DNA of 41,362 nucleotides from a virus: IMG/VR virus record IMGVR_UViG_3300045988_035261, positions 1 to 41,362 of that record; one strand, 5' to 3'. Shown piece by piece: positions 5,916 to 14,400 of this stretch (position 1 is its first letter; each line of letters starts with the position of its first letter). The notes under the pieces were generated by a model. It saw only the letters and a program-made list of their open reading frames with translations, ran no database searches and was not told where the DNA came from. The position numbers and the translations under genes were made by a program.

Positions 5916-8394
5916 TTACACCTACCTCGATTGTTCCGCTACTACTCCACAACTGCAATCTGCTATTTAAGGATGTTTGATTCCTACCCCAACTGCCCCA
6001 TCGGTTAGCAAGGAATGTACGGTGATAAGTTTCACCATTTAATGTGTGCAATGTTTGGTCGATTAATTTACCATTGCCAAAATTAAAGACAATCAACATA
6101 CCTTGTTTATGACTTCGTGGCGGATTATTAGCACCACCATCGAAATTAATTTCATAGCACCCTTGATTTGTGAATGTATTCCAATCGGCTGCGGTTTCAA
6201 CTAACTCATAAGCAAACCCCATAGAACCAGCCTCTGTCTTTTTAACAAAAGTTTCATCGGCTATTCTCTTTGTGTAAATATCACCCTCTGTTTTTAAATT
6301 CTTTTCGGTTAGTACATTGTAGCTTACTGTGCCATCGCTATATTTAAAGTTGGTACCTACTGCGTAAACAGGAACAGTAGCATCACCAACGATTACAGTA
6401 TTATCCGTTCCAACTTTCGCAATGCGAACACCATGTCCATCCGTTTTCTTACCCTCTAACAAAATATTATTATTGAGTACTATTGCACCGCTCACATTGC
6501 CACCTGTTAACGCTAGGTAGTCAAGATTCGCTAATCGTGCAGTATTGATTGAATTTGCATAATCCCTGTTTGGATCACCAACATAAATATCGACCTTGTG
6601 ACGTCTATTAGGTTGTATTGTTAAAACCGCAAAATAGAATTTACCATTGCAATATGCTATATCCTCAATTTCTGTAGCCTTATTGATTTCAATAATTTGT
6701 TTGACTGTGCCAAACGGTGTACACTCTACCAAACTACCGAGCGTTGCACTCATGATACATCCATTCAACATAAATGCACCATTATTATTGAAATCATCGT
6801 ATTGGTAGTCAATTTGATATGTTTTCATTTTCTTGAAATCATCATTATACAAGTTGACTTCACGTAAGCGTTGTTGACCGCTAATTGGTACGATGCTCAC
6901 ATATGTCCGAGTGATAGGGTCATATCCGATATTGAACACACGTTCATTCAATGTGATGGTCTTTTCAAATGCCATTGTGTCAGCATTAAATACAGATAAG
7001 TTATTAGGATTTTTTAAACCATTAGCAAGGTAGATTTTATTTGTATATTTGTTGTAGCACATAGTATTGCAATGGCCCATTCGGTCAGGGTCGCTAAACT
7101 TATATGTGCCTACAATTTCAAAAGTGGATGAATTGAGTTCGTATAGTGTTTGCTTTGTGCCATCACCATTGATACAAGCTAATACAAATACATTCTTTTT
7201 ATCGTTATATGTAAACCCTTGACATTGATTTACTTCATCGCCATATTGAATGTTTTTCACAAAGGCGATATTAGATGCACCTTTAAGCATTGGTGTTTCA
7301 GTAGGATAGAATGGCTTGATGTTGTTGTATGTCCCCATATCCATAACACTATCTACTGTGTCGAATGTTAGGTGTTCATTGATTTTGTATATCCCATTTG
7401 GTATGAATAATATTTTGTTTCTTAAATTATCGTTAGCACGTTTGAATGCTGCGGTATCATCTGCTACACCATCACCGACCGCCCCAAAGTCTTTTACCGA
7501 TACGATGCCGTATAAGCTATCTTTCACAAGGTATTTACTATCCGCCTCGGTTTTGGTGATTAAACCACCGCCACCAGGCAAGGCGATTTGTTCCGCTTTA
7601 TTGGCTGCGACTTCTGCACGTTTCGCCGCATCAGTCGCTTTAATGGCGTTACTTGCTATCGTTGTTTGTTTGTTGTCGATGTCTGTTTTTAAAACTCGAG
7701 CTTGGCTCACCAACTCATTAATATCACGCTTATCTACAGTTGTTTGTCCTGCGTATGTTTTAGCATCCGCTACCATCCTTTCCGCTTTAGATAAGTTGGT
7801 ATTTGTTGCATCAAGCATATTATTAGCGTTTGCCAGTTTATCATCTACAGTTCTACCAATTTCTGTAATCTCTGCTCCAAGTTCCTTTATCGTTTCAGCA
7901 TCGGCGATAATTATATCCGCTTTAGCTTTGACTTGGTTATATGCATTAATAGCATCATTTGCAGCCTTAACAGATGTTTCTACAATATTCTTGGCGGTTT
8001 CTACTGCATCATCGGTGCTGCCAATAGGAATAAGTAAAGCCCTACTCATCTTGTCTTGCATCTCTTGCATGATGAGTGTCAGTTTATCCGCCATGCGTTC
8101 AATATTTTGGTAAGGGTACTCATCAGGCAAATCTGCATCTTGAGTGATTGGTGTTAACCGTTCCAATACTACTTTATGATTAGCATCCAATGCATCACCA
8201 GCGACTGGATACGTTAGCATTTTATTTTCTTTGTCGTATTCGATATTGCCTGTTTGTAGACTTCGATTGCCATCCGCATCAATGATCGTAAACGTTACAT
8301 CTTCAATGCTGTGAAAATCATAAGGCCATATCCACTTTTTATTAACGCCATCACCTTGATATACTACGCTTGGTTGATTGATTTCAGGTATCAT
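5908..8394 (-). CDS. Tail fibre/tailspike with a T7 gp17-like N-terminal adaptor, a coiled coil and a pectate-lyase-like start motif
   Basis: Start moved to the ATG at 8392-8394 (RBS AAAGGAG). The N-terminus VVYQGDGVNKKWIWPYDF...LERLTPITQ follows the T7 gp17 N-terminal pattern. VKDFGAVGDGVADDTAAF is the hallmark of pectate-lyase-superfamily tailspikes. Confidence 0.75.
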   Translation of the reverse strand: MIPEINQPSVVYQGDGVNKKWIWPYDFHSIEDVTFTIIDADGNRSLQTGNIEYDKENKMLTYPVAGDALDANHKVVLERLTPITQDADLPDEYPYQNIERMADKLTLIMQEMQDKMSRALLIPIGSTDDAVETAKNIVETSVKAANDAINAYNQVKAKADIIIADAETIKELGAEITEIGRTVDDKLANANNMLDATNTNLSKAERMVADAKTYAGQTTVDKRDINELVSQARVLKTDIDNKQTTIASNAIKATDAAKRAEVAANKAEQIALPGGGGLITKTEADSKYLVKDSLYGIVSVKDFGAVGDGVADDTAAFKRANDNLRNKILFIPNGIYKINEHLTFDTVDSVMDMGTYNNIKPFYPTETPMLKGASNIAFVKNIQYGDEVNQCQGFTYNDKKNVFVLACINGDGTKQTLYELNSSTFEIVGTYKFSDPDRMGHCNTMCYNKYTNKIYLANGLKNPNNLSVFNADTMAFEKTITLNERVFNIGYDPITRTYVSIVPISGQQRLREVNLYNDDFKKMKTYQIDYQYDDFNNNGAFMLNGCIMSATLGSLVECTPFGTVKQIIEINKATEIEDIAYCNGKFYFAVLTIQPNRRHKVDIYVGDPNRDYANSINTARLANLDYLALTGGNVSGAIVLNNNILLEGKKTDGHGVRIAKVGTDNTVIVGDATVPVYAVGTNFKYSDGTVSYNVLTEKNLKTEGDIYTKRIADETFVKKTEAGSMGFAYELVETAADWNTFTNQGCYEINFDGGANNPPRSHKQGMLIVFNFGNGKLIDQTLHTLNGETYHRTFLANRWGSWGRNQTSLNSRLQLWSSSGTIEVGVNG

Positions 8395-8415
8395 ATATAC
8401 TCCTTTCAATTAAAT

Positions 8416-8441
8416 AGGACTACCCATAATTGAGTAGTCCT
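8416..8441 (-). other. Intergenic hairpin between the giant ORF and the tail fibre gene
   Basis: 8-bp perfect stem aggactac/gtagtcct with a 10-nt loop, weakly T-rich after it on the minus strand. It could be an attenuator or an RNA stability element. Confidence 0.4.
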
Positions 8442-8447
8442 TATTTA

Positions 8448-11400
8448 TTAATGTTTGTCTTTTTTATTGGATTTTTTATCTCTTAGCTTTTTATCTAAAA
8501 TGATAGCCATAATCACATCTTCTAATTTAGCATCTGTATCGGTTAGTGCAAATTTAGCTAACGTCCATAATCCATCGGTTACAGTATCACTAAAGCCTGT
8601 GAGGCGGTTTGATACTTGTGATAGGCTGCGTCCTAAATCAACACCATCTTTTTTGTCAGATGTAATAGCACCCATAACATCGGATAGTTTTTCGATAATG
8701 GATAGACCTATCACTGTATTACCTTTGTTGAATACCTTTTCACCCAAGATGTATTTCATGCCCATATTAGATATATCACGAATAATTGGTACGCCCATCA
8801 TTGCTTGTGATGCGGTTTCTTCTATGAATGATTTCGCTAATTTCTCTGGGTCATCATCATCACCATTCGTCATAGCTTTATATACCATCATGCCTAATGC
8901 TGGCATGGCTACTGTCCACCAAATCGTACGTACAAATTGCCAATAGTTGCCCTGGTCTTTCCGTGCATAATTGCCCTCTGCGATAATATTGTAAAGGGTA
9001 TTCGCATAGGAATAGAATGGTACGAATAATTGAACCCATGCATCCCTAGAACGTTGAATAGCTGCACTATCTTTTGTATCGCCACTACCGAATATATCTC
9101 GCACCGCTCTATCGCCAGCACTTATCGCCTCTTGCTCTACAAATTCAGCGGTTAAACCCTCTTTAGATTGTAATTCAAGTATTTTTTTGTCATAGGCAAA
9201 TTTCCATACTGGAATAGATAGTGCAAAATCTGTTTCGGTTAAAAGTCTAAATCCCATTTGATTAATATCATCTCTGACTTCGCCCAGTTGTTCTAACTTA
9301 TAACCACCGATATTTGTATCACCAATTCGCAGTCCTTTACCGCTAATAGATAAACCTTGTTTCAAATCCTTATCTAGTGTTTGAATGCGTTCTCTCATAA
9401 AGATTGATTGATTTAACACAAAATCACGTGTCGCATTATATGTTGATGTTCCATGTCCGTAGAACCCAGCACCAGCACTATAAATGGCTTTAAGTGTATT
9501 CCCTACACCGATGCGATACATAGCAACTGGAATGTTCAACGCATTTTGCAACGCTACTGGTATACGTCCTGACATAACTGCTGTTGTTGTATTTTTCTTG
9601 AGGGTCATTAATAACTTTCCGACTTCGCTCATTTTTGACGCTTCATCTTTCCAGTTGTCTCTAACCCATGTACGCAAGAATTGGTAGGTTTCCATACCAA
9701 ATTTATCAACGATATATTCTTGGAAACGGCTATTGCCTACTAGCTTATTTACATCCATTACTGCTTTTCGCATGGTAACGTGATTAATAGCCTCTGTAAT
9801 CGCATTAGGGATAACATCAAAATCAAGCATCAAGGACTTGCCTTTGACTACATCCAATCGTGATTTAGTAGCGCCCATACCTGTATCAAAGATTGCATTA
9901 CTAGCAATCATCGTTTTGGCTATATCCTCTGTTTGGAAATCAGATACTTTAGCACTTACTTTAGGATTGTACACAATAGGGAAATACTGACCTTGTATTT
10001 CTCTACCGCCAATTGTGAATGTAATCCCTTTTTCTTTCTTCAAAGGGTTTCCATACAATTCCTCTTGTACCTTGCTACGTTCTTCATAGAATGAATTGAT
10101 ATGTTCCCATGTACGAATTACAAATTCCCAGTCCTTATCGGTCATGTATTCTTGGAACGCTCGTTCCATTTCTACTTCATTACTTTGGATAGTTTCTAAT
10201 GCACGTTGTCTATTCTTTTCTGTTCCCCAGTTTAATGCAAGCATGATAATTTGCTCTTTTGTTACGTTGCGTAATTCGCCTACGTTATAGAGGTGATCAT
10301 TGCGAACATCAAATAGTTGTTTCTTAGAATATACCGCTTTTACATCTCTGGCCAATCTGTACATAGATTTTTCTTTGTACTCATTGAATTTTTGAGTAGC
10401 TTTATCGATTGGGTCGTAGATGTACCGCACCGCCACACCATTTTTACCGCCATCTAATCTACGCAAGAATGTTTCGACTTTAAGCAACGCTAAATGGAAG
10501 TCGTTTGTTTTATTAGCCAATGCATCAACTTTACTGCGATTGTTGAGTTCATTAAATACATTCCCATTATCTCGACCAAATGTCGCTGATGCAGTTTCTA
10601 TGATTTGGGAAATCGCATCATCGAATGTAACATTATTACCGCTTTCGTCAATTAAGGTAGTACCCTCATATTGAGTTCTACCATTTTTGTACATCCCTGT
10701 CATGAGTTCCTCTAATGCTAGAAGTTGGCTCATTTTAAGGCTAGCAAAGGATGTAGGTTCTTCAGCGTTAAACATTGCTTTCACCCAATCTTCAAGTTCT
10801 ACAGTCGCTTCCTTATCACCCATAATATCAGCATCTGCATCTAATGCTTTAATTACTGACATCATGTCAAAGCCATCAACAGGTTTTAAGCCATCATACT
10901 TAGTCAATCCCATTTGGTATGCCATATGCGTGTAGAAATAACGCATGTTAGGCTCAATCATGATAGGGTTTTGACTGCGTGTAATTCTGCCTAGTTGGTC
11001 TAATAGTTTAGTTCGTAGTTTCTTAATAGCTTTTGAATTTTCAAACGCTACTCTTGCCCTTGCTTGATTAAGCATTTGAGATTGTTTAGCATATAATGCT
11101 TCGTCAACTTTACCAACAGCCAATGCACTATCTGCTTTCTTGCCATCTCGTACTGCTTGATTTTGGTATTTCTTATATTGACTAGCTTGAGATAGCGTCA
11201 AATCACCTAATTCGTTTCTTGCACGTTCCATGTATTTTGGAATAGTGCCAAATCCACCATCACGAATTGCACGCACCGCATCAATACGTTCTTGCAACTG
11301 TGCTTTTAGGTTTTCAATGCGTTCTTGTGCAGTATCAAGTTCTTTGGATACACTTCCTAATTCCTGTGCTACCATTGCATTGTCTTTCTTGATGCGTTCA

Positions 11401-14400
11401 GCTTTTGTCAATTCTTTTTCAATTGGTTTCAATTCTTCATCAAGATTTTCACTGTTAGGGTCTAGCTTTTGTAATTTGCTTAGTAGTTCCCAGTTCCTAG
11501 CAAGGTCTTTATTGGTATGTGCCTTAATCAAGCGTGCTTCCTCTTGAGTAAGTTCCATTTGTCCTTGATTGGATAGTAGCATTTCTTCGGCTATTTCTTG
11601 GTTGGATTTGCCTGCGTTCGGATCATTAATAAACGCATCTTTCGCACGTTCCATTTCCTGTGCTACTGCTTCATCGTAAGTACTGCCAGCTTCCTCTTGT
11701 TCCGCCTTTTCTAACCCCTCAATAGTTCGATATTGAGTATTTTCTAATGCACCATCACCCAACGCCATGTATCGTTGATGTTCTTTATAGATAGGATATT
11801 CTTCGACTAAACGCTTTTCGATTTCAGCTTGTACATCGTATTTTACATCTTCCCATTCTTTAATAGGTCGATTGTCTAATTCTTTCATGTACTTACGCAT
11901 TACACGTTCTTTTGCTTTTTCTTTAATATCAGCAATGTATCCTTGCACTCGTGCCTGTTCAGTTTCGCTCAATTGTTGATATAGCTTTGTATTTTCAAAT
12001 TGCTCTAATGCTTGCTCGTGTGCGTAGTTTTCAATGTCATCTTGCGTAGCTATCATGCGTGCCATTATATCCTTAATGTCAGATGGTACTTCACCGCCTA
12101 ATCGTTGTACACTACGATAAATACGAGTTAACCATTTAGAGAATTGACGGAATACACGTTGTAGTCCTTTTGTTGGTGCTTCACCACTTCGCAAGTAGCT
12201 TTCCCAACCTCGTGCGAATTTCTCGTGTGCTTTGGTATTGTCTACGTTTTCGCCATCAACCCAACCGCTCCACTCTTTGAGTGTGTTCCAATCATCAAGT
12301 AATTGTTTAGGTGTATTGTCTATAGATGCTAGTTTTTGAATATCATCAAAGAACACATGCCCCATTTCGTGTAAGAATGTACTTCTATCAGCTGTTTTGA
12401 AAATGCTGATGATGCGTTCGCCATCTTTCATGATTTCGGTCATACCATTAACGGATTGGTTGTACTTTTCGATAATATTAATAGCTTTATCATCGAACAC
12501 TACAAAATTATGACTAAGACCATGTTTGTATTTAATCCCTTTTATACCTAACTCGTTTAATTTAAGAGATGCGTTTTTGTCGCCACCTAAACGTTCTGAC
12601 AAATCATTATAAAATTCCTTACCAGTTTTATTAATGTCAGTCGGATCTAATTGTTTTATTTTGTTTAAAACGTATTCCGACTGTTCGTTAATTGGTTTTG
12701 AGTAATCTAACATTGTATCTGTATCAGGAATTTCAACATTATATAGTGTTGGTTTGTAAACAGAAGTTACTTCAAAATTATTAATGTTATCAATTAGATA
12801 TGAATTTTTTAAAACGATATCATTATAAAAAATATAATGTTTATGGTATCTTTTCTGCAACTCTTCAATAACATCAAATAGGTATTCTTTATTCACTCGT
12901 TTGTTATCAGATTTAGCTTTGGTTTTAGCATCGTTTAATATAACAGTTGCCATTCGTTCAAACTTATTATCAACAAGTGTTGGTAGTTTATTAATGGCAA
13001 ATTTACTATTTTGTGTTATAAAATCTAAAACACCATCTAATTCATTCAGATTTTTAGTAACTAAATCTAAATTACTTTGCTCAGCATCTCTATTAAGAAC
13101 TAACCGATTTAATAGGCTTTCTTTATTATTCTCTACATTAATGCCACCAAATATTTGCTCTATAACAGGAGCATACTCAATTGGTATATCATTACCATTT
13201 AAAGTAAATTTATTTTTAGATTTACGCTCTACTTTATATTTTTCAGCTACATTTTTGTTTTCAGTAAAATATAACCCCCAACCAAATGCTTGCGTTCCTA
13301 AACCACCACCGATACTACCCAAATCAAATTCATCAAAGTCATACGGCGAACCATGCCATGCGGATTGGTAGTACTGATAATTATGTTTCTTTCTTAGCTT
13401 GTCTAAATCTTTTTCATTTGGTATACTATTGTTAAATATAAACTGTTTAGTACCTAGTTGGGCGATTTGTTGCCTGTTGCTGGTTACTAAGCGGTTTATT
13501 TTTTTTGTATTCCAATAAACCAAATTGCCATTGTTCAACTGATTTATGTACCAATTAGCATTGCGTCTCGGAGTTATTGTTTTAATTTTATTAGCTTGCC
13601 ATGTTTTTTTACGTCCATTAAATACTGTTGTATTTTTAATTACAACTTGAATATTCTCGCCACTAGCATTAACTCCCTGTTTATTATTAGCGTATGCATC
13701 CAATACCACAACGTATTCATTAGGAATGACTTGTTTAGTTACTGGATCATAATTCTTAAAAATAGCAATAGGATTAGCGATTTTTTTGGGTAACTGCTTT
13801 AATACTTCAGCATCCATTTGCCCTACATGTTTCCCATTTAATGCTTTTTTTATTACGCTTGGATTAATATCGATTTCACCAACAGCGTTTATAAATTGTA
13901 ATACCATAGGGCTATCCATGAGTTTTACACTCCCAGTAATTGGTTGTCCGTTTAAATGATTATCAATTACGTTACTCCACGCTTGTATGTCATTATTCAT
14001 TATTTGTTGCATTATTACAGATTGTGCATAGCCATCTTCACCATTAAAGATAGCATCCATGTTGATACGCACGCTATCACGGAAATAATCCATAGCAGTA
14101 TAACCGCCTTTGCCCTTTTGTCGCATATATTGTGCCATTACATCAGCATGTTGTGCCATTAACAACGCATTAGCTTTTGCCGTTTCACGTTGTTTTCTAT
14201 CGGTACTTTCACCGATAGCTTTAACTACTTTGTTATACACTTCATAGCCACTCTTAGATAATTGCATCCGTAACGCTATATCGTTATCTGCTAATGTGAA
14301 TATCTTATCATGCAATCTCTCAAGGCTTTCAATTTGTTGTAGCGCATGTTCCATATCAGCATGATGGATATTGCTTTGGTTAAGTGCTTCCGTATTATCC

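Noticed and set aside
7316-8113. 265-aa plus-strand ORF, and many similar plus-strand ORFs (for example 8455-8946, 12901-13371, 14620-15114, 15115-15642, 23427-23777 and 24778-25101)
   Set aside because: All lie antisense inside long, motif-supported minus-strand genes. Their products are Ser/Cys/Phe/Leu-rich and low-complexity, and they lack RBSs. They are typical shadow ORFs.
12480-12530. S-H-N tripeptide (GLSHNF) as a possible intein C-terminal splice junction
   Set aside because: The following residue is Phe rather than Cys/Ser/Thr, and no N-terminal Hint motifs are visible.
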